Assembly (NCBI GenBank): GCA_018671175.1
Contig: JABHIE010000029.1
Coordinates: 86,929 to 150,928, forward strand
Direction: 5' to 3'
Source: Planctomycetota bacterium
GTDB lineage: Bacteria; Planctomycetota; UBA1135
Length of the DNA stretch: 64,000 nt
This document shows positions 55,973 to 64,000 of this stretch, in pieces (the first letter of the stretch is position 1; each line of letters begins with the position of its first letter). The translations under genes were made by a program, and so were the position numbers. Under the pieces are notes generated by a model. That model did not search any database and was not told the DNA's origin. It saw nothing but the letters and a program-made list of their open reading frames with translations.

Positions 55973-57375
55973 TGCTTTTTACGGAATTCCGTTTCCTACC
56001 GTTTTTCGTAATGGTGTTTGCCATACACTGGCTCCTGAGGGGGCCTCGATTGCGCAAAACTTGGCTGCTTCTTGCGAGTTACGCCTTTTACGCAGCCTGG
56101 GATTGGCGCTTTTTGTCGCTCATCTGGGCCTCCACTTTAGTCGATTATGTCGCGGGTTTGCGCATTTACGCAAGCAATGGCAAGGCAAAGGTTTGGTGGC
56201 TGCGCGCGTCTCTATTCGCCAATTTGGGCCTGCTCGGGTTTTTTAAATACTGGGGATTCTTCGTCGACTCAGGTGCCGAGTTTTTGTCATGGATGGGCAT
56301 CGACATGGCTGGCTCTTCGCTTGAAGTGATTCTCCCTGTAGGCATTTCATTTTTTACTTTTCAGACGATGTCGTACTCACTCGACATCTATCGTGGCAAG
56401 CTTAAGCCCACTCGTTCGCCACTAGATCTGGCGCTTTTTGTCGGTTTCTTTCCACAGCTCGTTGCTGGCCCAATCGTCCGTGCGGCTGATTTTTTACCGC
56501 AACTCAGCGCACCTCGTTTTTGGGCGGATGTCCGAGTTCGATCGGCCCTGATTCTCTTCACGGCCGGTTTTATTAAAAAGGCCTGTATCTCTGACCAACT
56601 TTCACCCTTTGTAGATCAGTATTTCGCCAATCCTGATTTATATACAGTCGGTGCCGCCTGGCTGGCTGTTGTCGGTTATGCCGTGCAGATTTATTGCGAT
56701 TTTTCCGGATATTCCGATATGGCCATTGCTCTTGCCGCTTTGCTGGGGTATCGATTGTGTCTTAATTTTAACTTCCCTTATCTTGCGAGCGATATCCGCG
56801 ATTTTTGGCGGCGCTGGCATATCAGTTTGTCGACTTGGCTGCGCGACTACCTCTACATTTCCTTGGGTGGCAATCGCGCGGGTTCGTTCAAGACCTATCG
56901 TAATTTAATGTTGACGATGTTGCTCGGTGGGTTGTGGCACGGTGCTGCCTGGACATTTGTCATTTGGGGTGCACTTCATGGTGTTGCCTTGTCTGTGCAC
57001 CGCCTCTGGGAATCACGCCGCGCGCCCGGCCAAGAACCTCATGCTTTGATGCGCGCCTTTTCACCCATCCTCACTTTTTGGTTCGTTTGCTTTTGTTGGG
57101 TTTTCTTCCGTGCTGGCGATTTTGAAACGGCAACGACTGTTTTGCGTGCATTTGTTTGGCTAGATGCTGACGGCATGCAAACTCTACCAATGATGATGGC
57201 CTGGGTCATGATTGGCCTTTTTGTTGCTCATCGCATCGCGGCAAAGGGCGCGTTTGTCAAACGCCTTGAGTCACTTCCAGAGCCTGTGTTCGCAGCTGGT
57301 TTAGGCGCGGTATTTGCCATTGCGCTGGCCTTTACGAGTGCCGATTACCAACCGTTTATTTACTTCCAGTTTTAG
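55972..57375 (+). CDS. MBOAT-family membrane-bound O-acyltransferase (AlgI/DltB/PatA-like)
   Basis: Multi-pass membrane protein with ...FWRRWHISLSTWLRDYLYISLGGNR... (conserved His block) and ...LGGLWHGAAW. TGATG overlap with the preceding ORF. Confidence 0.9.
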   Translation: MLFTEFRFLPFFVMVFAIHWLLRGPRLRKTWLLLASYAFYAAWDWRFLSLIWASTLVDYVAGLRIYASNGKAKVWWLRASLFANLGLLGFFKYWGFFVDSGAEFLSWMGIDMAGSSLEVILPVGISFFTFQTMSYSLDIYRGKLKPTRSPLDLALFVGFFPQLVAGPIVRAADFLPQLSAPRFWADVRVRSALILFTAGFIKKACISDQLSPFVDQYFANPDLYTVGAAWLAVVGYAVQIYCDFSGYSDMAIALAALLGYRLCLNFNFPYLASDIRDFWRRWHISLSTWLRDYLYISLGGNRAGSFKTYRNLMLTMLLGGLWHGAAWTFVIWGALHGVALSVHRLWESRRAPGQEPHALMRAFSPILTFWFVCFCWVFFRAGDFETATTVLRAFVWLDADGMQTLPMMMAWVMIGLFVAHRIAAKGAFVKRLESLPEPVFAAGLGAVFAIALAFTSADYQPFIYFQF

Positions 57376-58220
57376 TGCAAAGTTGGCTTGTTGTTAGGGC
57401 TGGCCTGCGCAACATCGGTAGCCACAAACCGTGCAACACGCAAGATGGGGCAGGCTTGAGTCACAACGGCATTTAGGCCTGCTTGCCGCAAGCCAGCACG
57501 GGCAGCAGCAAGTGCCAATTCAGGAGTGTTGTTGTGGCGGCTCAAATGAGCCAAGCCTAGCTCTCGCAAACTTGCAGGTGCGTGTTGCGCCAAAAAACCA
57601 GCCGCCTGCGCATTCGACAAGTGACCACTCGGCCCCGCAACACGGTTTTGCAAATCGCGTGGGTAGGGCCCGTTGCGCAGCATGTTGATGTCATGATTAA
57701 ACTCTAAAACGAGCGCACTTACACCTTGCAAGGTTGAGCCTATTAAGGCATCCGTTGAGCCAAGGTCGGTAAAGTAAGCAGCGCGTTGGCCGTTTAAATC
57801 AAAAACGAAGCCAAAGCAAGGGTCGCCATCGTGCGGCACACGGATGGGGGTGATCTCAAGTGGGCCAACAGAAAAACTCAAGCGGTCAGCGATTGGCCGC
57901 ACCTCGACTTGCCGCCTCGCAACCTCACCCGCGGAAGTCTTTTGGTTATGACCCATTGCATCAGGGTGCGCGTAAAGCGGCGCCTTAGCTCTAGCAGCGG
58001 TCGCGACGATATTGCCAGAGTGGTCGCCATGATGATGCGTGAGCAAGACAGCATCAACATGCGTGAAAAGAAAACCAGCATCTTGAGCAAGGTTGCGAGC
58101 ATTGCGTTGCGCGATGCCGCAATCAAGCGCAATCACGACTCGCTCTTGGCCATCATTGGCATGAACGAGTGCGCAGTTGCCGGATGAGCCGCTCGCGAGG
58201 GTCAAGATTTCCAGAGTCAT
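57372..58220 (-). CDS. MBL-fold metallo-hydrolase
   Basis: ...AVLLTHHHGDHSGN... (HxHxDH) plus downstream His/Asp ligands. 282 aa. Confidence 0.85.
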   Translation of the reverse strand: MTLEILTLASGSSGNCALVHANDGQERVVIALDCGIAQRNARNLAQDAGFLFTHVDAVLLTHHHGDHSGNIVATAARAKAPLYAHPDAMGHNQKTSAGEVARRQVEVRPIADRLSFSVGPLEITPIRVPHDGDPCFGFVFDLNGQRAAYFTDLGSTDALIGSTLQGVSALVLEFNHDINMLRNGPYPRDLQNRVAGPSGHLSNAQAAGFLAQHAPASLRELGLAHLSRHNNTPELALAAARAGLRQAGLNAVVTQACPILRVARFVATDVAQASPNNKPTLH

Positions 58221-58243
58221 TGCCGCAAGGTTAGCGTGATGGC

Positions 58244-58774
58244 ATGAGTCACTCCAACTCGCCCCTGCCGATTTCCTTTTGCGGCCATTCTGGTGTAGGC
58301 AAAACCACTTTGATTTGCGCTTTGCTCAAACATTGGAAAACACTTGGCCTTCGAGTCGGCGTGATCAAACATTCTGGTGGCTTCCCAGACCCAGATACGC
58401 CTGGCAAAGATTCACATCGACTTCGAGAGGCGGGCGCGGATCGACTGGTTTTAGGCTCGCGTGATCAAACGGTCTGCTGGTGGGCGCACCCTTCAAATGC
58501 AGATGCCGGTTCAGCGGCTGAGCCTGATTTCGCTTCACGCCTAAAGTTACTCGGAGACGACCTAGATTTCATCATCGTTGAATCATGGAATGCTGTCCAG
58601 CTTCCGACAGTCGAAGTCATGCGCAGCGGGCACTCAACCGAAACACGATTTCGAGGCGATGAGCGCTTGATTGCAGTCGCGGCTGACTTCCCGAGCGAGA
58701 CTTGCCCGATGCCGCGCTTTGATTTGGATGATATCCAAGGGCTTTCTGATTTCCTGCTTGCGTTGCCGCGTTAA
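58244..58774 (+). CDS. mobB: molybdopterin-guanine dinucleotide biosynthesis adapter MobB
   Basis: FCGHSGVGKTTL...LRVGVIKHSGG...PGKDSHRLREAGA. Confidence 0.8.
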   Translation: MSHSNSPLPISFCGHSGVGKTTLICALLKHWKTLGLRVGVIKHSGGFPDPDTPGKDSHRLREAGADRLVLGSRDQTVCWWAHPSNADAGSAAEPDFASRLKLLGDDLDFIIVESWNAVQLPTVEVMRSGHSTETRFRGDERLIAVAADFPSETCPMPRFDLDDIQGLSDFLLALPR

Positions 58775-58784
58775 ACTCAACCCT

Positions 58785-59648
58785 ATGAGCGAGTGGTACT
58801 ACGGTTTTGAAGGGGAGCAAAAAGGTCCCGTCCCTGAGTCTGTTCTTCAGCATATGCTGGAGCGTGGCGGCTTGCCCGAAAAGACGCTGGTTTGGTCGGA
58901 AGGCATGGCCGAATGGGTTCCTGCAAAAAAGGTCGCCCAATTGCAGCCTCAGCCTGAGCAGCCTCGGGCTTTTGTTGAACCTCCGCCGCGCAAACCCAAG
59001 CCCGGCGTGCGAGATTTCCTTGGCGGCGATTCCTCTGACGACGCATCTTATGCGCCAAAGGGTGGGGCTGCCACGCTTGAGGCAGAGGGCACACCCAAGG
59101 CGACTGCGCCAAGCGCGCATCCACAAGCGGCTAATTCACAAGTCCGCCCCTGGGCGCGTTTTTGGGGTCGAATCGTCGACATTAGCCTTTTTCAAAGTGT
59201 GTTGATTATGCTCTTTGATCTCAATCCATTACATTTTAGCCACAGCCTTGGCGCGCTTTTTCTTTGGGTTTTTATCGATGCCTTTTGCATTTCTCGGTGG
59301 GGTGCAACGCCAGGTCGCTGGCTCATGCGCACACGCATTTACACATCCAACGGCATGCTGTTGCCCTACAAAATAGCCGTCCAACGCAACATCGCCGTTA
59401 CCCTGCGCGGTATGGCGCTTGGCCTACCGCTTGTGAGTTTGCTCTTCATGATGCTGGCCTACAAAGAGCTCACCGAGCGCGGGATGACCTCCTGGGATCG
59501 CGAAATGGGGTCATCTGTTTCGCACCATCAAATTGGCGGTGGCCGTGTTTTGTTGACCGTAGTTTTGATGCTTGTGGTCTCTCAACTTGTGATGACACTT
59601 TCACCTGAGATTGCTGCCGAAATGTCTAATGGCTTGTTCGGAAGGTAG
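58785..59648 (+). CDS. GYF_2-domain + RDD-family membrane protein
   Basis: ORF 58671-59648, ATG 58785 preferred. MSEWYYGFEGEQKGPVPESVLQHMLERGGLPEKTLVWSEGMAEWVPAKKV (GYF_2), then RPWARFWGRIVD... and three TM helices (RDD-like). Confidence 0.7.
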   Translation: MSEWYYGFEGEQKGPVPESVLQHMLERGGLPEKTLVWSEGMAEWVPAKKVAQLQPQPEQPRAFVEPPPRKPKPGVRDFLGGDSSDDASYAPKGGAATLEAEGTPKATAPSAHPQAANSQVRPWARFWGRIVDISLFQSVLIMLFDLNPLHFSHSLGALFLWVFIDAFCISRWGATPGRWLMRTRIYTSNGMLLPYKIAVQRNIAVTLRGMALGLPLVSLLFMMLAYKELTERGMTSWDREMGSSVSHHQIGGGRVLLTVVLMLVVSQLVMTLSPEIAAEMSNGLFGR

Positions 59649-59654
59649 TCGATC

Positions 59655-61826
59655 TTATGGGTGCGTTGCCCAGCGATCTCGCCTTGCCTTTTCTGATGGC
59701 GCAAGCCCAGAGAGTGGCGCATCACCTGCGGCCTCTTCGCCTTCGAGTTGCACTCGTAAGAGCCAAAGCGAATAGAGCGCCTCGGGGCCAAGTGAGTTGG
59801 GCGGTGTCAGCCAGTAAGGTGTGAGTGCTTCACGCTGTTGGCCAAGCGCGGTTTGTAAGAGTGCATCGGCTGCAGCGGTCGCGACTTCGGGGTCAGTCGA
59901 GGCGAGCCAATTTAGAGCTAGCTCGGCGGCAGAGAGTCCACCGCATGCACCCAAAGCTTCGAGTGCGCGGACGCGCGTGCTTTCGTCTTGAATTGACGGT
60001 TTCAACACCGTCAGGATGCTTTGCTGATTTGTCGAAATCCATCTTGAAAGAGGCTTGCCAATCCAGGACATGGTTTGCAAAACATGATTGCGCACATAGG
60101 AGTCTTTCGCAGAGAGGTGCTCTATTAAAACAGAGTATGTGCGAGCTGGGAGGCCATGCCAAACCGTGCGCGCATCGTCGACAGGTCGCAGCGGTTGTGA
60201 AGCAAAATTAGTGCAAAGTCGCTCTAACTCAAGGCGCAAGGCGGGGCCTAGTTCGGGGCTGCCTAAGCCATCCTTGCGGAGGCTTCGGTATTGCTTCCAT
60301 TGCTCGATGTCGAGGTGAAGCTTTTCCCATTGCGCCTCAAATAAATCGGGTGCATCAGGAAGTCGCGCCAACAATGAAAAAGCGGCTTCTTTCGCTTCGA
60401 GGATGGACGCATCGTTTTGCTCCTCACTGCTCAAGATGCTAGAAATCGCAATCAAACCCTGCGCGCTGCCAAGGCGATATAGCGATTCAGCCATGTAAAC
60501 ATTAGATGGCCAGTCTTTTTCGTATTTTAAGCGCAAAGTGAGCCGTGGTAATGCCGCTGGCGTTGCGCGTGGAATAAGTTGCCGGTAAGCCTCGCGCCGC
60601 AAGTCAGTTGGGAAATCCCGCCATCTTTCGCCAATCGTAAGCAGTAATTCATTCACCTCCGAATCGGGCTGTGCAGCCAGCTCATCCAGAGCGCTTGCTC
60701 CAACTCTTCCGCCCATCAGAATGGCATCTAGCCAGTCGGCAACATGCTCAATCTCTTGCGCATCAGGCCGGGTGTACGGGGCGGCCTGCGTCATCTCGTC
60801 GCCGGTATTGTCTGGCGCAGTCAAATCAGAAGAAACCTTGAGTGTTCGCTCGTCTAGGTCTTCGAGTGGAAGTCGAGCGATTTCGAAACTATCGGCATCC
60901 GCAAGAAACGGCTGCGTGCGATAAAGAAGGCGTGCCTCACCCAAAGTGGTGTTTGCAGGTCTCTCAAGGCCAAAGACTCGTGTTTCGCCGGGCTGCAATT
61001 GAGAGTTGCTTAAGCTCACCTCATCTCGGTAAGGGTCGCGCATACGGTGGACGAGCTCCCAATCACCCCAGTCGCCATGAGTCTGCCACCTAACCTGAAT
61101 GTCAGCCGCACGAGATCGTTCGTCAGTGGGGAAGTTGTGCGCACAACCACTATTGCGGATGACAAGTTGAGTCTGCCCATCAGAAGTGCGGTTGGCGCTT
61201 AATTCAACGGCCTTTTTGAGAGCCTCTGCATCATGAGCCGCCGGGAAGCCATGGTGTCGACCCTTGCGACCGCCCTGTCGCCATGCATCGACCATATGGC
61301 AGTGCAGACAGTTTTGCCCTTTCAAATCAGTGTCTTGGGTTGCCTGCCATTGCACGATTGTTTTGTGTTGGTTGTGGCATGCGGCACAGTGATTGACATC
61401 AATCATGCGCGGCTCGAATACGGGTTGGCAAGGCGCGTTGTTTTGAGGCCTTGGGTTGCCCGTCGCGATTCGGCCACTTGCGGTTGCATGGCAGGAAAGG
61501 CAGCTCACGCCATCTGTGCGAGAAGTGACTCGCGCTAAAACTCGCGCGGCTGGCTCGAAGTTCAAAACAGGCTGCGGCGCGTGACAAGCAATGCACTCTT
61601 GATTGCGATACTCTTGGCTTAAACGACGGACTTCGGGGTTTTCATAAGCAAGTGCATGGTGCGAGGTCGCCCATTCTGCGGCTACAGCCGGGTGGCATTC
61701 GGCGCATTGCTCAGCTGTAAACATGGGGCCAATTTGATCGACCTCGGGCTCTTGCTGGGGCATGAAGATGGCAAGCAAAACAGCGCATCCGCCGGCAACT
61801 AGAAAAAAAGCTAAGAAGCGTTTCAT
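59655..61826 (-). CDS. pentaheme c-type cytochrome fused to a C-terminal HEAT-repeat domain
   Basis: Signal anchor. Five CxxCH motifs in the first ~180 aa (CAECH, CIACH, CLSCH, CAACH, CLHCH). The C-terminal ~380 aa is helical with HEAT-like repeats (DSYVRNHVLQTMSWIG, DESTRVRALEALGACG, TDPEVATAAADALL). Confidence 0.8.
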   Translation of the reverse strand: MKRFLAFFLVAGGCAVLLAIFMPQQEPEVDQIGPMFTAEQCAECHPAVAAEWATSHHALAYENPEVRRLSQEYRNQECIACHAPQPVLNFEPAARVLARVTSRTDGVSCLSCHATASGRIATGNPRPQNNAPCQPVFEPRMIDVNHCAACHNQHKTIVQWQATQDTDLKGQNCLHCHMVDAWRQGGRKGRHHGFPAAHDAEALKKAVELSANRTSDGQTQLVIRNSGCAHNFPTDERSRAADIQVRWQTHGDWGDWELVHRMRDPYRDEVSLSNSQLQPGETRVFGLERPANTTLGEARLLYRTQPFLADADSFEIARLPLEDLDERTLKVSSDLTAPDNTGDEMTQAAPYTRPDAQEIEHVADWLDAILMGGRVGASALDELAAQPDSEVNELLLTIGERWRDFPTDLRREAYRQLIPRATPAALPRLTLRLKYEKDWPSNVYMAESLYRLGSAQGLIAISSILSSEEQNDASILEAKEAAFSLLARLPDAPDLFEAQWEKLHLDIEQWKQYRSLRKDGLGSPELGPALRLELERLCTNFASQPLRPVDDARTVWHGLPARTYSVLIEHLSAKDSYVRNHVLQTMSWIGKPLSRWISTNQQSILTVLKPSIQDESTRVRALEALGACGGLSAAELALNWLASTDPEVATAAADALLQTALGQQREALTPYWLTPPNSLGPEALYSLWLLRVQLEGEEAAGDAPLSGLAPSEKARRDRWATHP

Positions 61827-62482
61827 GAAAGTTGGCCGTCATGCAAATTTAGTGATTGGCCACCGAGTCGCTTGGCTTCATCGGCATCATGGGTAACAAG
61901 GATGAGCGTTGCCTTTGTGTGGGTCAGGATTTCTTCTAGCAAAAGTTGACCTTGCTGACGCGCTTCAGGGTCAAGGCTGGCAAAGGGCTCGTCCAGAAGA
62001 AGGATTTTTGGCTCAAGTGCAAGCGCTCGCGCAAAGGCTAGGCGGCGAGCTTCTCCGCCTGAAAGTGTCGCGGGTTTGCGGTCTGCCAAAGAAAGAATGC
62101 CCAATCGGTCAAGCATTGTGCGCGCGCTTGATTCTGCTATTGCTTTTGAGCGACCCGCGGCTCGCAGCGCATCAGAGACATTGCGTAAAACGGTGCGCGT
62201 TGGCCACAAGCCGAGGTCTTGAAAAACCATCTGCAAATTGCGTTTCCAGGGCGGAATGACAACTTTTGAGCCCTTTGTCGCGAGTTGACCACGGATTTGA
62301 ATCGTGCCAGAATCAGCTGGCTCAAGCCCGGCAAGGATGCGCAATAAGGTCGTCTTGCCTGCTCCGGATGGCCCACATAAAGCTAGGCGCTCACCGTCTT
62401 CCAGAGAAAGGTTGATGCCGTCGAGTATTTTTTTTGCACCTAAGGTGCGCGAGAGATTTTGAATGTGGATGGAGGCAGTCAT
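61823..62482 (-). CDS. ABC transporter ATP-binding protein (importer type)
   Basis: GPSGAGKTTLL, LSGGEARRLAFARAL, ILLLDEPFASLD. ATGA overlap with the cytochrome gene. Confidence 0.9.
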   Translation of the reverse strand: MTASIHIQNLSRTLGAKKILDGINLSLEDGERLALCGPSGAGKTTLLRILAGLEPADSGTIQIRGQLATKGSKVVIPPWKRNLQMVFQDLGLWPTRTVLRNVSDALRAAGRSKAIAESSARTMLDRLGILSLADRKPATLSGGEARRLAFARALALEPKILLLDEPFASLDPEARQQGQLLLEEILTHTKATLILVTHDADEAKRLGGQSLNLHDGQLS

Positions 62483-62485
62483 CGC

Positions 62486-63988
62486 TTAAGCATCGTTAGG
62501 TTTGGAAAAGAGCGCGTGGATGGCAACGGGAAGAAAGAGAAGCAGAGTAATCAGTAAACCAAAAGCGGCGACGAAATTGTCTCGCGCAAAATGGAGTGCG
62601 TTGTAGTAGCGCACAGCAGCGGAGGCATTTGCGGCTGGCAGAAGGACGGCCAAATCTAATTCACGAATCGCAAAAACGGCGACCAAGCCGGCGCCAAGCA
62701 GCCATGCATCGCGGCAGGTGGCGAGGCGCACATAAAGCAAGCGAAACAGGTAAGGCATCCCGGTTAGGCGCGCGCTTTCGATGCGTGCTTGCGGAATGCG
62801 AGACATCCGCTCGGCGAGGAGGAAAACGGCAATGGGTAAGTAACGGCCTCCTAGAACCAAACCTGGCATTAGGAGACTGTCGTAGAAAGGCTCCCAGCCG
62901 GGGCGGTTGAAGGCAAGGATGGCACCCAGGCCAGTGCCGACCGCAGGAGCGAGCAGGGGGAGTGCGAGCAGAGTGCCGAATAATCTTGCGGCTCGTTTTC
63001 GCCAAGGCTGATGATGGCCTCCGAGTTGAAGCCAAAAGTGCGCTAGGAAGGGTGCGACAAGAAGTGCAAAAGCACCAGCAAGTGCGCCGAGAGCCAGGGA
63101 ATGCCCCAAATCACTGCGGCCTCTCTGGACGGCATCTGAGAAAGCCGCTGTCGCGTGGGATGCCCAGGAGCCTTGTGATTCAGGGCCCGTCGCGCCTGTC
63201 TCGTAAAGGATGCGCCCTAATGGAAGAAAGAAAAGTAAAACGCTGAAAGATAGAAGTGCAACTGAAAGTGGAATGCAGAGAGACCCGCAGCGCATTGGTT
63301 TTGCGATGCGTGAGCTGTTGCTTTCGAGTGCGCCGGCTCGATCGCGGAGGACGAAGGCCGCGTAGAGAGCAAGAGCAGAAACGGCCACGAGTGGTGCAGC
63401 GACGGCAGCACCTTGTTTCAGCGTGGCAGGGTCGCCTTGGTAGGAGCGCCAGTGATTGAAAACTTCGGCGGGATAGACGGAAAACTTATCGCCCAAAGAA
63501 GAGAAGTAGTCGGGTACTGCGAAATCGGTAGAAGCGAAAACGGCTGCAAGAGTTGCACCCAAAATGGCCGCAGGTGCGGAAACGCGGAACATCTCATTGA
63601 GAGCAAAGCGAGGCCCGGCGACAAGCAAAGTTGATTCGTGGGCGCTCGCTTGTTGGTGGCGTAAGGCGCGAGCAACAAAGAGTGCGCTGAGTGGGGCATA
63701 GGCAAGCCCGAGTGACCAAACACTCGCCCAAGGGCCGTCCATGCCTGTTAAACCGTGCCACGCTTGGGCGAGAAGCAAGGGTGGTAGCAATAGCGGCAGA
63801 GGCAAAAGGAAGTGAAGCCATCCAAAACCTGGCAAGTGCAATCGGCTGGCTAAAACCGCCGTTGGCCAGCCGACAAGTAGAGCGATGAGCCCTGAGAGGG
63901 CAGACATCCAGAGGGTTTGGGCGAAAAGCCCCGCGAGTCGAGGCTCGAAGATGGACGCCCATTCTTGGGGCGAGAGGAGGGTTTGCAA
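62486..63988 (-). CDS. ABC importer permease, duplicated-TMD Fe(III)/thiamine (FbpB/ThiP-like) type
   Basis: 500 aa, about 12 helices in two repeats; 3-nt gap to the ATPase gene. The substrate-binding protein gene is presumably beyond the window end. Confidence 0.7.
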   Translation of the reverse strand: MQTLLSPQEWASIFEPRLAGLFAQTLWMSALSGLIALLVGWPTAVLASRLHLPGFGWLHFLLPLPLLLPPLLLAQAWHGLTGMDGPWASVWSLGLAYAPLSALFVARALRHQQASAHESTLLVAGPRFALNEMFRVSAPAAILGATLAAVFASTDFAVPDYFSSLGDKFSVYPAEVFNHWRSYQGDPATLKQGAAVAAPLVAVSALALYAAFVLRDRAGALESNSSRIAKPMRCGSLCIPLSVALLSFSVLLFFLPLGRILYETGATGPESQGSWASHATAAFSDAVQRGRSDLGHSLALGALAGAFALLVAPFLAHFWLQLGGHHQPWRKRAARLFGTLLALPLLAPAVGTGLGAILAFNRPGWEPFYDSLLMPGLVLGGRYLPIAVFLLAERMSRIPQARIESARLTGMPYLFRLLYVRLATCRDAWLLGAGLVAVFAIRELDLAVLLPAANASAAVRYYNALHFARDNFVAAFGLLITLLLFLPVAIHALFSKPNDA

Positions 63989-64000
63989 AAGCGGCGCCAG

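Noticed and set aside
1-64000. Search for CRISPR arrays, rRNA, transposases, integrases, phage or toxin-antitoxin/defence modules, and large non-coding regions
   Set aside because: No regularly spaced repeats were found, no such protein signatures appear in any frame, and the largest intergenic gaps are about 100-180 nt. Nothing supports a mobile element or defence island here.

Overview
Dense, mostly housekeeping chromosomal window from a moderately GC-rich Gram-negative bacterium. About 60 protein genes, one tRNA, very short intergenic gaps, many 1-4 nt stop/start overlaps. Several traits suggest a PVC/Planctomycetota-like lineage, but this is weak inference only: multiple groEL copies, Rho with a poly-Arg N-terminal tail, S2 with a Gly/Arg/Pro tail, HEAT+vWA and prenyltransferase-repeat secreted proteins, a GldG/DUF4340 ABC cluster. 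Recognised core genes: groEL(partial)-groES-groEL paralog; rpsB-tsf-pyrH-frr-tRNA-Lys; selB; rho; guaB-guaA; gluQ; hisS-nadD; yidC-mnmE; nrdR; smc-rhlE; a split NifJ-type pyruvate:ferredoxin oxidoreductase. No rRNA, CRISPR array, transposase, integrase or phage genes were seen. Loci most worth follow-up: (1) an ATP-cone protein overlapping the 3' end of nrdR that looks colinear with class III ribonucleotide reductase NrdD but seems to lack the thiyl-Cys and glycyl-radical motifs; (2) a GT2 / tandem SGNH(DltD-like) paralogs / MBOAT envelope-acylation cluster whose second paralog is broken by a roughly 100-nt deletion; (3) a pentaheme cytochrome c fused to a HEAT-repeat domain, translationally coupled to an Fe(III)/thiamine-type ABC importer; (4) a groEL-groES-groEL operon preceded by nested inverted repeats made of CIRCE-half-like 8-mers. 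All functional calls rest on motif recognition by eye; no database search was run.
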